This document shows, one piece after another, positions 1 through 9,197 of a stretch of 64,000 nucleotides of DNA. Both the position numbers and the translations under genes were made by a program. The stretch lies in the NCBI GenBank assembly GCA_938031175.1, contig CALHGZ010000010.1:83508-147507 (forward strand), in the 5' to 3' direction. Within the stretch, counting starts at the first letter, position 1. Every line of letters starts with the position of its first letter. This DNA comes from Candidatus Kapaibacterium sp. (GTDB taxonomy: Bacteria; Bacteroidota; Ignavibacteria; Kapaibacteriales; UBA2268). The notes beneath the pieces were generated by a model that saw only the letters and a program-made list of their open reading frames with translations, was not told the DNA's origin and made no database searches.

Positions 1-377
1 TCAGCAGAATCATTTTTTAGGAATTGTAGCATTTCAAATTTGTGGCTCAATACAATTTCACTCTTTGTCGAAGCCAGCCTTAATCCAGCTATGGACGATT
101 CAATCTCAGCATCCTTTTGAATTTTGATAACATCAGCTAATGTCTTTCCGACTAATGTATCTTGATTTAAAAGAGTCAATCTTGTAATGCCCATAGCAAT
201 TAAATCAATTTCCTCCTTACTTATTAAATTTTCAGAAATTAATTGCTCAGTTAGACTTGTTATATTGTCTCTTGTTATAACCTGATTCAGTATTTTTGAA
301 TTTGGTTTATCATTCGTGCAATTATTAAAAGTGAAAGAAAAAATAATTAAAGTCAGAATAGCGGTTTTAGTTTTCAT
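1..377 (-). CDS. Hypothetical lipoprotein, partial (runs off window start)
   Basis: Manual translation from ATG at 377: MKTKTAILTLIIFSFTFNNCTNDKPNSK..., open to position 1. Signal-peptide-II-like N-terminus with Cys; SD-like GAGG upstream. Confidence 0.6.
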   Translation of the reverse strand, partial: MKTKTAILTLIIFSFTFNNCTNDKPNSKILNQVITRDNITSLTEQLISENLISKEEIDLIAMGITRLTLLNQDTLVGKTLADVIKIQKDAEIESSIAGLRLASTKSEIVLSHKFEMLQFLKNDSA

Positions 378-447
378 ATTAAATTTCCTCAAATGTGAAA
401 AATCAATTTTCAAAAATAAATGTCCTTATTTTTATGTCAAAATAATA

Positions 448-1353
448 TTAGAATTCATCAACAATAATCAATCCATATCTTAAACCATAGGAGTTAATAG
501 TGCATTTTTCAGCCTGGAAGTATTCAAGTGTTTTTAAAGCAATTAATGTACCAGCAGTTATAACATCAGCTCGCATGGGATGGACTTTGTATTTATTAAC
601 AATTTCATCAATGCTGGAAGACTTTAATATATTGTAAACCTCAATAAAATCAGAAAATGATAATTCAGTATTAGATATCTTATCACGTTCAAAATCGTAT
701 TGATTACGTGAAATTGAAGCTATCGTGGTAAATGTACCTCCAACACCATAAAATCTTTTAAAAAGATTGAATTGTAAATTTTGTTCCAAAGCATGTATGA
801 TAAATTGCTCGGCATTTAGAATTTGTTTTAAATCTGGTGGTTGTGAGGCAAAAAATTTCTCCGTTATTTTGACAGCACCAATATTAATACTTTTAGCTGA
901 TATAATATGACGATTTTCTCCATAAATGATCTCAGTACTTCCACCTCCTATATCAACAACAATAGAGGGAAGTTCACTTTCAATAGTGCCGATAAAACTA
1001 AAAAATGCTTCTTGTTCGCCGCTAATAATTCTAACTTCTGATTCAAGAATATTTTCAAATAGCTTTATTACATCATCAGCATTACTTGCATCTCTCATAG
1101 CAGAAGTAGCTACAGCTCGGATTTGATTTACTTTCAATGCATTAATTAAAATTTTATACCTTTGCAAAATGTCAATAGCTCTATTGATAGCAGTTTTCTT
1201 TATTTTATTATTTTTTGATAGATCCTCACCAAGTCTGGCTAATGCGTGTTGGTCTTCAATTACATTTATTTCACCATCTGGAAATTTATCAGCAATCATC
1301 ATAAGTATAGTGTTTGTGCCGATATCAATAGATGCAATTCTTGTTTTTTCCAT
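448..1353 (-). CDS. ppx: Ppx/GppA family exopolyphosphatase (short form, no C-terminal HD domain)
   Basis: ASKHA motifs IDIGTNT, VATSAMRDA, EQEA, DIGGGSTE, G(V)GGT. Confidence 0.92.
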   Translation of the reverse strand: MEKTRIASIDIGTNTILMMIADKFPDGEINVIEDQHALARLGEDLSKNNKIKKTAINRAIDILQRYKILINALKVNQIRAVATSAMRDASNADDVIKLFENILESEVRIISGEQEAFFSFIGTIESELPSIVVDIGGGSTEIIYGENRHIISAKSINIGAVKITEKFFASQPPDLKQILNAEQFIIHALEQNLQFNLFKRFYGVGGTFTTIASISRNQYDFERDKISNTELSFSDFIEVYNILKSSSIDEIVNKYKVHPMRADVITAGTLIALKTLEYFQAEKCTINSYGLRYGLIIVDEF

Positions 1354-2193
1354 TTATATAGTTACCAATTTTAATGCAATCCATTCGTTTTCTGTCAAAA
1401 TTTTCTTAATTTGAAATCCACATTCATTAGACCTTTTAATAATTTCATCTTTTGAAGTAATAAGCAAACCTGAACAAATGAGAACACCTTCCTTATTTTT
1501 CAACGCTGAGAAAAAATTGGGAAATTGTTCATAAAGTAAATTATAATTCAAATTTGCTAAAATTCCATTACAGTCAGACATTTTGTAATCCGATAAGTCT
1601 GCATCAATAATTTCAACTTTATCTTCACAATTATTTAATTTTACATTTTCTAGAGCATTTTCAATAGCCCAAGGATTATTATCTATTGCAATGACTTTAC
1701 AGGCGCCCAATTTAGCAGCTAAAATTGATAAAATACCTGTACCTGTACCAGCATCAATCCAAAATTTTCCTTTAAAATCTGTTTCCAACATTAACTTACA
1801 AACTAATCTCGTTGATTCATGACTTCCAGTTCCAAAAGACATTTTGGGATTTATTATAATCTTTAAGTCAGTAGCTAAATCGTCTATCTTCCAGGAAGGT
1901 GCAATACCTAATCTATCGGATATAATTATTGGTTCAATACTTTTTTCCCATTCTTCATTCCAATTTTTCTCAGGAATTGTAATTTCATTAATTATTTTAA
2001 CTTCCTTGTAAATACGTTGCAAGTCATTGAGAATATTATTTTTAATTTTAACATTAAATTTTTTTGTTTCAAATGTAACAGCTAATAAATCATACTTTTC
2101 TTCAATTCCACAAATAGGATAACAACTCAATATTCCAATAGCAAGATCGAAATATTCCTCAGGTATTAAAAATTCAACTGTAATATAAGTCAT
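1354..2193 (-). CDS. prmA: Ribosomal protein L11 methyltransferase
   Basis: WNEEWEK, INPKMSFGTGSHESTRL, DAGTGTGILSI, ILANL motifs. Confidence 0.95.
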   Translation of the reverse strand: MTYITVEFLIPEEYFDLAIGILSCYPICGIEEKYDLLAVTFETKKFNVKIKNNILNDLQRIYKEVKIINEITIPEKNWNEEWEKSIEPIIISDRLGIAPSWKIDDLATDLKIIINPKMSFGTGSHESTRLVCKLMLETDFKGKFWIDAGTGTGILSILAAKLGACKVIAIDNNPWAIENALENVKLNNCEDKVEIIDADLSDYKMSDCNGILANLNYNLLYEQFPNFFSALKNKEGVLICSGLLITSKDEIIKRSNECGFQIKKILTENEWIALKLVTI

Positions 2194-2228
2194 AAGTCAA
2201 TTTCATTGTAATAATGATTAAATTTCCG

Positions 2229-2236
2229 TAAATTTG
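2229..2236 (+). promoter_or_regulatory. Bacteroidota-type -7 promoter element (TAnnTTTG) upstream of kdsC operon
   Basis: TAAATTTG, 63 nt upstream of the ATG at 2300. Confidence 0.45.
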
Positions 2237-2299
2237 GATATATTTACAACAATTTATTGAATACTTTAACAGACATGGCGATACAAAAATATGTAATTT

Positions 2300-2797
2300 A
2301 TGAGTATATTAAAAAAAATAAGTGAACGTCTGAGGAATATAAGACTATTTGTTATGGATGTTGACGGAACAATGACTGATTCGGGGATGTATTATCTTTC
2401 GAATGGGGAAGAGGTAAAAAGATTTTCATCAAGAGACGGTATGGGAATTGTATTGCTAAATGAGGCTGGTATCAAAACAGCAATCATAACAAGTGAAAAT
2501 TCAAATATAATTTCAAATCGAGCAAAAAAATTAAAAATAGATTGGGTTATTCAAAATTCACAAAATAAATTAGACGATTTAAAGAAATTATCCATAAAAT
2601 CAGGAATTTCACAGGAACAAATTTTATACATAGGTGATGATATTAATGATATTGAAGCCATAAAATGGGCTGAAATAGGTGCTTGTCCAGTGGATGCAGT
2701 TCAAGAGGTACTTAATGTTGCCGATTATATTTGTAGTAAACCTGGTGGATATGGTGCTATCAGAGAGATAGTTGACTTAATATTGAATCATAAATAA
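2300..2797 (+). CDS. kdsC: KDO 8-phosphate phosphatase (HAD family, KdsC)
   Basis: DVDGTMTD, RDGMGI, YIGDDIND, GGYGAIRE motifs. Confidence 0.9.
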   Translation: MSILKKISERLRNIRLFVMDVDGTMTDSGMYYLSNGEEVKRFSSRDGMGIVLLNEAGIKTAIITSENSNIISNRAKKLKIDWVIQNSQNKLDDLKKLSIKSGISQEQILYIGDDINDIEAIKWAEIGACPVDAVQEVLNVADYICSKPGGYGAIREIVDLILNHK

Positions 2798-2827
2798 TAT
2801 TTATTCACATAAAGAAAGGGTTATATT

Positions 2828-3268
2828 ATGACATCGAATGATAATGGTTCGGGCTACACAAAAGGATTCATATTAGGCGCAATTATAGGAGGAGCTATTG
2901 GTGCAATTACAGCATTATTGTTTGCTCCCAAAAGTGGTGCCGAGTTAAGACGCGAAATCGCTAGTAAATCAGGTGAATTATATGACAAAGCTTACGATTA
3001 TTTTGATGAATTACAAGACAAAGTAGGCTCAAAAGTTACTCAAACTATCAATGAAGGAAGAATCAAGGCGGAAAGCATTATTGAAAGTGCCCGAAAACAA
3101 GCTAAAGAAATAATTAGTAGTGCAGAACAAATTATGCAGGATGCAAAATCTAAAGCTCTCTACACAAAAGAACAAATCGAAGAAAAATACGATAACATTA
3201 AAGAGGCAGTTAAAGCTGGAACTGAAGCCTTTAAAGATGAAATGAAATCTTCGGAACACAATGTATAG
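2828..3268 (+). CDS. YtxH domain-containing protein
   Basis: GFILGAIIGGAIGAITALLFAPKSGAELR signature followed by coiled coil. Confidence 0.9.
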   Translation: MTSNDNGSGYTKGFILGAIIGGAIGAITALLFAPKSGAELRREIASKSGELYDKAYDYFDELQDKVGSKVTQTINEGRIKAESIIESARKQAKEIISSAEQIMQDAKSKALYTKEQIEEKYDNIKEAVKAGTEAFKDEMKSSEHNV

Positions 3269-3277
3269 AAGGAGAAT

Positions 3278-3799
3278 ATGGAACTTGCAATTAGAATTTT
3301 TGCCTTAATAGCTCTAGGTTCATTTTCAATATTAGCTATTATAGTAATGTTCACTTTAAGAAATTTTTCGATTCTTATTAAAGATGCCCGGGATAGTTTG
3401 AAAGAACTTTCCCGGGATATAAAAGAGTTAAAAAATAAACTCATCTCTTCACTTGATGATATTAAAGACTTAAAAGGTCAAATCTCTGGAACACTCAATG
3501 AATTCAATAAGTTACAGGATAAACTTATGATTGCCGTGGACGATTTAAGGGATGTGAAAGACGAGACTTTAACTCTTATGAAAAGTGCAGAAGACTCATT
3601 CAATAATTTCAAGCTTGCAGTAAATAGGATCGAAGAACAAGCAGAGAAAATTACATTAATTGTAAAACCTTTTAACAACTTATCTAATTATATATATAAA
3701 AAAATAGCTCCACCTTTGATAGAGACAGCCAACATAGTATCAGCAACTTCCAAAGCTGTTTCTGTTTTTATGAATTTTCTAACCCGTAAGAAAGAATAA
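3278..3799 (+). CDS. DUF948/YtxG-like membrane-anchored coiled-coil protein
   Basis: N-terminal TM helix plus heptad repeats; adjacent to the YtxH gene, a common pairing. Confidence 0.65.
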   Translation: MELAIRIFALIALGSFSILAIIVMFTLRNFSILIKDARDSLKELSRDIKELKNKLISSLDDIKDLKGQISGTLNEFNKLQDKLMIAVDDLRDVKDETLTLMKSAEDSFNNFKLAVNRIEEQAEKITLIVKPFNNLSNYIYKKIAPPLIETANIVSATSKAVSVFMNFLTRKKE

Positions 3800-3809
3800 T
3801 TCTAAATTA

Positions 3810-6125
3810 CTATAATCTTACATTGATACCTATTCGATAAGTCCTTGGTTTTAATGGACCATAAATGTAATTAGAATCACGATTTGGTCCTCTATCAAAA
3901 TCTTTCTGATAGTTATTAAACAGATTGTTTATCGCGAAAGTTAATTTAATTTCTGGAACATCAGAAAAAATGTAAGAGATTGAAGAGTTGATTTCTAAAA
4001 AATTGGATGTTGTTTTAAGTAAATTTTCCTTATTTATGTTACCATCAATACCTATACCACCGGCAAAATGTGGTACTTGCATACTGCCAGTGTATATCAT
4101 TGAAATAACAAATTCTAAATGCTCAATTGGATTTATAAATGCAGTTAAATAGCCATAACTATTTGGAGTGCGTAAAATTTCGGAGGTGGTCAGATTTTTT
4201 GAACCATTTTCAGATTCATCGAGGTACCATATAACAGGTGAATCATATAAAGCCTTTTGCAATGTTATTCCAAATTGTAATTGATAGTAGTATGAATAAG
4301 ATGTTCTAAGTTCAAAATTAGCTCCGTAAACACTTGCTCCATCACCGTTAGTTTTAATGTAGATGATATTCCCTAAATCATCTTGACCTGAATCCTCATT
4401 AACAAAAACATCAATTAGTTTTGAGTAGAAAATCTCACCGGATAAAGAAAATGGATATTCGTAAATCGAAAAGTATTTATCTAACCCAAAATTCAAGGAA
4501 TAAGATCGCTCTTCTTTTAAATTTTCACTAAGTTGAATCAACATTCTTTGACCAGCACGGAATTCAGCATGAAGGTCTTCATCATAAGCCTGAGGAGCCC
4601 GATATCCAGTGGTGAAGGAGGTTCTTATTGATAAATCATTGGGATTTTTAAATAAAATTGATATTCTCGGGTTAAAAATTAGATTTTTAATGAAGTTGTG
4701 TTTATCAATCCGCACACCACTTAAAATATTTATATGATCATTAATTATCCAATCCATCTGGCAGTAAAATCCGAATTGATGAACATTTTGGTCAAACGTG
4801 CTTCTGTAGCCGGTAGCTTCATTAAAAATTCTCTCATACAAATATTCAATCCCTGATGTAAAGATAGCTGAACCCCAGTAACCATTGTTTAAATTATATG
4901 AAAACTGACTACCTGATACGAATATTTTGCTATCAGTTAAACCATAGCCATTTGGGTCTTTGTTGGTACCTGTATAATTTCTTTTGTTTGTATTATTAAT
5001 TGAAGCGTATAAAGAAAGTTTGCTGTTAATATTATCAAGAAATTGTTCATAACTTATACTACCGGCATTAATTTTATGAGTTAAGTCTTCAGCCATCATT
5101 ACTTCATGCGGTGGAAGATGGAGACTATCTCCGCCACGTCTGTATTCGTTGATACTTTGGAAATCAAAAATAAATTTAGATTTTATTGTAGGGGAGTAAA
5201 ATGCTCGGGCACCAAAGGAGGTATTGTTGATTGTCGGAATTTCTGAAAATCCATCTGAATTAGAATCGAACGCATCTCTTTTATTGAAATTCCCGAAAAC
5301 ATAGAATCCAATTTGATGATTTTCTGTTAATGCAGAGCCATTAATTTGATGTGAGTAATCAAGTGCCTTATTTCCAATCAAACCGTAACTGGAATTGTAT
5401 TCAAAGCTATTGTCAATAGGAGCTTTTGTGATTATATTGACAATGCCGGCAATAGCATTACCACCATAAAGAGCAGAACCACCACCTCTTATTACTTCCA
5501 CTCGGTCAATCATATTAGCTGGTATCTGGTCTAAACCATACAGCGAGTTCAGAGCTGAAAAAATCGGTTTTCCATCAATTAGAATTTGTGAATATCTACC
5601 TTCTAATCCATTAAGTCTCACCTGCGAAAAACCGCAATTTTGACAATTAGCCTCAATTCGTAATCCCGGTGAGAACCTAATTCCTTCTTGGATTGACGCA
5701 GTTAGTGTTGATTCAAATACTCTGTTATCAATAGTTGACACTTTGATTGGAATATCCTCATAAATTTTCTCTGTTCTGGTAGCTGATATAACTACATCTT
5801 GAGATAGTATGCTCGATTCACTTAAAATTACCAAGATTTCTTCAGTAATATCTTCTTTGTGGGAAAAATCAATTTCTCTAAGGAAAGGTTCATATCCTAC
5901 AGCACTTACACGCATTTTATAAATACCTGGGGGGATTCTTTTCAGTATGAATTCACCATTCTTATTTGCAATAGCTCCTAAAGTGGTATTTTCTAACCTT
6001 ATTGTTGCACCAATAACTGGATTACCAAGTGAATCTTTAATAGTGCCTTTAACTGTATTATGTGCATATGAATTAGATATTATTAGAATTGATAAAAGTA
6101 TGATGTATTTTATATGTTTTATCAT
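3810..6125 (-). CDS. TonB-dependent receptor (CarboxypepD_reg-like N-domain, plug, barrel), probable metal/cofactor uptake
   Basis: Signal peptide; N-terminal TVKGTIKD...GYE domain; TonB-box-like DVVISATR; plug motif IDRVEVIRGGGSALYGGNAIAGIVNIITK; C-terminal YGPLKPRTYRIGINVRL. Confidence 0.92.
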   Translation of the reverse strand: MIKHIKYIILLSILIISNSYAHNTVKGTIKDSLGNPVIGATIRLENTTLGAIANKNGEFILKRIPPGIYKMRVSAVGYEPFLREIDFSHKEDITEEILVILSESSILSQDVVISATRTEKIYEDIPIKVSTIDNRVFESTLTASIQEGIRFSPGLRIEANCQNCGFSQVRLNGLEGRYSQILIDGKPIFSALNSLYGLDQIPANMIDRVEVIRGGGSALYGGNAIAGIVNIITKAPIDNSFEYNSSYGLIGNKALDYSHQINGSALTENHQIGFYVFGNFNKRDAFDSNSDGFSEIPTINNTSFGARAFYSPTIKSKFIFDFQSINEYRRGGDSLHLPPHEVMMAEDLTHKINAGSISYEQFLDNINSKLSLYASINNTNKRNYTGTNKDPNGYGLTDSKIFVSGSQFSYNLNNGYWGSAIFTSGIEYLYERIFNEATGYRSTFDQNVHQFGFYCQMDWIINDHINILSGVRIDKHNFIKNLIFNPRISILFKNPNDLSIRTSFTTGYRAPQAYDEDLHAEFRAGQRMLIQLSENLKEERSYSLNFGLDKYFSIYEYPFSLSGEIFYSKLIDVFVNEDSGQDDLGNIIYIKTNGDGASVYGANFELRTSYSYYYQLQFGITLQKALYDSPVIWYLDESENGSKNLTTSEILRTPNSYGYLTAFINPIEHLEFVISMIYTGSMQVPHFAGGIGIDGNINKENLLKTTSNFLEINSSISYIFSDVPEIKLTFAINNLFNNYQKDFDRGPNRDSNYIYGPLKPRTYRIGINVRL

Positions 6126-6275
6126 CTTTCATTAAATTTTATAATAAAATTTTAATCAACGGGATAAAAAATATTTTATTATTTTAAGCTGATATGAAGC
6201 TATAAAATGATTGACTGATGTTAAATCTTCAATTAATATTAAAAAAAAATTTTTCAAAAAATTAATTTACCAAAT

Positions 6276-6283
6276 TAATTTTG
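6276..6283 (+). promoter_or_regulatory. Bacteroidota-type -7 promoter element upstream of TRL-like gene, outside the inverted repeat
   Basis: TAATTTTG(CA) at 6276-6283. Confidence 0.5.
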
Positions 6284-6300
6284 CAATAAATATAATTTCA

Positions 6301-6315
6301 AACAGGTTAGGTGAT
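6301..6315. repeat. Left arm of perfect 15-bp inverted repeat
   Basis: AACAGGTTAGGTGAT; its reverse complement lies at 6725-6739. Confidence 0.9.
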
Positions 6316-6359
6316 ACATTAAACAATATTTATTAATCAATAACATTCAGGTGGAAACT

Positions 6360-6686
6360 ATGAAAAGGTTTGTCACAAGTATTGTAATTTTAATATTAGG
6401 AGCAACTCTTTTGGTCAGTTGTGGGGCTGCTTATGCAATATCGCCTGTTTTGGGAGCCTTATATACAGATGTAAAAGCACCTTTAACAGCTACATCACAC
6501 ACAGGTTCCTCAAAAGTTGGAACAGCTGGAGCCACATCAATCTTAGGTATAATAGCTACAGGAGATGCCAGCATTAATGCTGCTGCTAAAAGTGCAGGGA
6601 TTACAAAGATAAGTTATATCGATTACCATACTATGAGCATTTTGGGTATTTATGCTAAATATACGGTTTATGTTTATGGTGAATAA
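6360..6686 (+). CDS. TRL-like family lipoprotein
   Basis: MKRFVTSIVILILGATLLVSC lipobox; GALYTDVKAP, SILGIIATGDASINAAAKSAGITKISYIDY match my recollection of the TRL-like family. The ORF track starts at GTG 6351; ATG 6360 is preferred. Confidence 0.85.
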   Translation: MKRFVTSIVILILGATLLVSCGAAYAISPVLGALYTDVKAPLTATSHTGSSKVGTAGATSILGIIATGDASINAAAKSAGITKISYIDYHTMSILGIYAKYTVYVYGE

Positions 6687-6703
6687 GTTTTAAATTATTA
6701 ATA

Positions 6704-6749
6704 AGTCGCAAAGAAAAATTATTAATCACCTAACCTGTTCTTTGCGACT
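6704..6749. terminator. 12-bp stem / 22-nt loop hairpin between convergent genes (possible bidirectional terminator)
   Basis: AGTCGCAAAGAA (6704-6715) pairs with TTCTTTGCGACT (6738-6749). Confidence 0.6.
6725..6739. repeat. Right arm of perfect 15-bp inverted repeat
   Basis: ATCACCTAACCTGTT is the reverse complement of 6301-6315. Confidence 0.9.
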
Positions 6750-6802
6750 GTCTATTTTATTTTAAAAATTCTTGATTTATTATCTCAAATAAAGCTAATC
6801 CA

Positions 6803-7333
6803 TTAATCGATTGACTTTAGTTTCATATTTGTGTAAGTTTTTTCAATCAAGTAATAAGCACCAAATAAAATTGTAGTGAATATAAAATCGCCTAAAAGTG
6901 AGTTTCTAAAAAAGGGGATAGCCATCACGTAGCATTCATATAAACCATTTAAATCTTTTGTATACATTCCACTTGTTAACCAAACAGAAAAATTTGTTAT
7001 AAGGTAAAATAAGAAAGAGGAGAATAAAGTAACTCCAAATATTCGGGTTATGTTTAAATTATTTCTTATTGCCCTGCCTAAAGCAACAACAATTAGAAAA
7101 GACAAATATACAGCTGGTATATCAGGGTGTAATCCAAGAAAAAGATCGCTTAAAAAGAGTATAAAAATAGGTATAAAAAAAGCTAATCTTTTATCATTAA
7201 TATAAACACTTCCAAATAAAGCTATCGCCATTATAGGCGAAAAATTTGGTGGGTGTGGCAAAAAACGTGATATTACAGAAACTAAAATTATGGCTAACAC
7301 CATTATAAATTTTGTATTTAGAATATTTTTCAT
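6803..7333 (-). CDS. DUF6580 family putative transport protein (ECF S-component-like)
   Basis: SRFLPHPPNFSPIMAIALF, ITNFSVW, CYVMAIPFFRNSLLGD; about 6 TM helices. Confidence 0.8.
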   Translation of the reverse strand: MKNILNTKFIMVLAIILVSVISRFLPHPPNFSPIMAIALFGSVYINDKRLAFFIPIFILFLSDLFLGLHPDIPAVYLSFLIVVALGRAIRNNLNITRIFGVTLFSSFLFYLITNFSVWLTSGMYTKDLNGLYECYVMAIPFFRNSLLGDFIFTTILFGAYYLIEKTYTNMKLKSID

Positions 7334-7365
7334 ATATGCACCAATTAATTTTTATTTTTATATTG

Positions 7366-7373
7366 CAAAATTA
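7366..7373 (-). promoter_or_regulatory. Bacteroidota-type -7 element upstream of DUF6580 gene
   Basis: TAATTTTG(CA) on minus strand, about 32 nt upstream of ATG. Confidence 0.5.
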
Positions 7374-7478
7374 TGAATTAAAAACTAAATATCCTAAAAT
7401 CTTATTAAATTCTGAAGGTAAGTATAAGATGTAGCTAAAATAATTAGTTTACATAATATAGATTATATTGCAATCAAA

Positions 7479-7661
7479 TTACTTCTTTTTAAATTTATCT
7501 GTTTTATTATCCTCAATCAGATACGAGCGAATTAAACGTTTTACTAATTCTAAATTAGAATCGGTCTTTTCTGAAATTTTTTTTACATATTCTTTTTTTA
7601 ATATCTCTTTATAAAAAACATTATTTTCTTCATCAACATTATTTTTGTTTTTCGAGATCAT
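7479..7661 (-). CDS. Small hypothetical protein (60 aa)
   Basis: ORF fills an intergenic gap co-directional with pyrC; charged and helical; no family recognised with confidence. Confidence 0.45.
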   Translation of the reverse strand: MISKNKNNVDEENNVFYKEILKKEYVKKISEKTDSNLELVKRLIRSYLIEDNKTDKFKKK

Positions 7662-7773
7662 AATTATTTACTTATTAAAATTTTCATTTATAACTACTTT
7701 ATAAATTTTATCGGTAGATAAGTAAATTTACTTTAGAAAGAATAATAAAGATATTACATCATATTTAGAGAAA

Positions 7774-9057
7774 TTATAAAGTTGATTTGTGAATTTGATT
7801 ATTATTTATAACATATTTTGGCTTCCCTTTTAAAACGTATCCATTAAATGGAGTATTAAGAGATTTAGAAAGAAAATTATTTTTATCAACAGTCCATTCC
7901 TCATTTGGATCAAAAATTGAAATATTAGCATTTACCCCCTTTTGAATTTTTATATCAGGAAGACCAAGAATCCTTCTTGGATTTACAGACATTTTCATAA
8001 TCAATTCTTGGAGTGATAAAATCCCTTTATGAACTAACCTATCCAGTGATAAAGCTAAAGCGGTTTCAAGACCAATTATACCATTCGGAGCAGACTCAAA
8101 TTCAACATCTTTTTCATGAAGTGCATGCGGAGCGTGATCAGTAGCAATACAATCTATTGTTCCATCGCTTAATCCTTCTAAGATGGCATCAATATCTCTT
8201 TGTCTTCTTAATGGGGGACTCATTTTGTAATTAGTATCATAAGATTCAAGTAGAGAATCGGTAAGTGTGAAATGATGAGGTGTTACTTCGCAAGTTACTC
8301 TAAGTCCACGTTTTTTTGCATCACGAACTAAACGAACAGCACCGTTTGTACTTATGTGTGAGACATGATAACGTCTTCTACCACAATATTCAGACAACAT
8401 TATATCACGTGCTATGATAATTTCCTCTGCAATGTAAGGAAAACCTTTCAAACCTAATTTATCTGATAAGGCTCCTTCATTCATAGCAAAGTTATGAGTT
8501 AATGTGATATCCTCACAATGTTGACTAACCAACAAATCTTTTGTTGCTGCATAATCAAAAATAATTCTCATAACATCCGAGCGTTGAACGCAATTACCAT
8601 CATCGGTAAACATCAAAGCACCTGAATTATATAAATCCATCATTGGTGCTATATGTTTGCCCTCTAAATTGTTAGTTAATGCTGCAGAAGGATATACATC
8701 AACAAGCAGATTTTTGGATTTTTGTTTAATGTATTCAAGAACAACAGGATTATCAATTACAGGTTTTGTATTGGGCATGCATAGAACTCCAGTAAACCCC
8801 CCATTTGCTGCTGCTGAAGAGCCTGATTTAATATCTTCTTTATAACTAAATCCTGGTTCTCTTAAATGAACATGCATATCAAATAAACCAGGCGAACAAA
8901 CCCAATTAGATGCCTCTATCAATTCTGTATCATTATCCCAGTTTGGTTCTGATAAATCACAATGCTCAATAATCCCATTTTTAATCCATAAATTAACTTT
9001 ATTAGTTATGTTTACTGCTGGGTTAATTATTGTAATATTTAAAAATCCTATATTCAT
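7774..9057 (-). CDS. pyrC: Dihydroorotase (type I)
   Basis: DMHVHLREPG, MPNTKP, HCED, HVSHIST, EVTPHH, IATDHAPH motifs. Confidence 0.95.
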   Translation of the reverse strand: MNIGFLNITIINPAVNITNKVNLWIKNGIIEHCDLSEPNWDNDTELIEASNWVCSPGLFDMHVHLREPGFSYKEDIKSGSSAAANGGFTGVLCMPNTKPVIDNPVVLEYIKQKSKNLLVDVYPSAALTNNLEGKHIAPMMDLYNSGALMFTDDGNCVQRSDVMRIIFDYAATKDLLVSQHCEDITLTHNFAMNEGALSDKLGLKGFPYIAEEIIIARDIMLSEYCGRRRYHVSHISTNGAVRLVRDAKKRGLRVTCEVTPHHFTLTDSLLESYDTNYKMSPPLRRQRDIDAILEGLSDGTIDCIATDHAPHALHEKDVEFESAPNGIIGLETALALSLDRLVHKGILSLQELIMKMSVNPRRILGLPDIKIQKGVNANISIFDPNEEWTVDKNNFLSKSLNTPFNGYVLKGKPKYVINNNQIHKSTL

Positions 9058-9152
9058 AATTACCTCAATATTTTGTTATTAAATGCAAATTAATTAGATT
9101 TTGACTAAGAAAAAAATGACTTATACGTTTATTTTGACTAAATTAGATTGAT

Positions 9153-9160
9153 TAAATTTG
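9153..9160 (+). promoter_or_regulatory. Bacteroidota-type -7 element upstream of IgGFc-binding gene
   Basis: TAAATTTG, 37 nt before the TTG start; GGAG SD at about 9188. Confidence 0.45.
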
Positions 9161-9197
9161 AACTTATATTTTTTTTAAATCTATTAGGGAGTAAAAA

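Noticed and set aside
6126-6300. Cobalamin riboswitch upstream of the TBDR or DUF6580 gene (also 7334-7478)
   Set aside because: Both regions are extremely AT-rich, with no B12-box or GC-rich helices visible.
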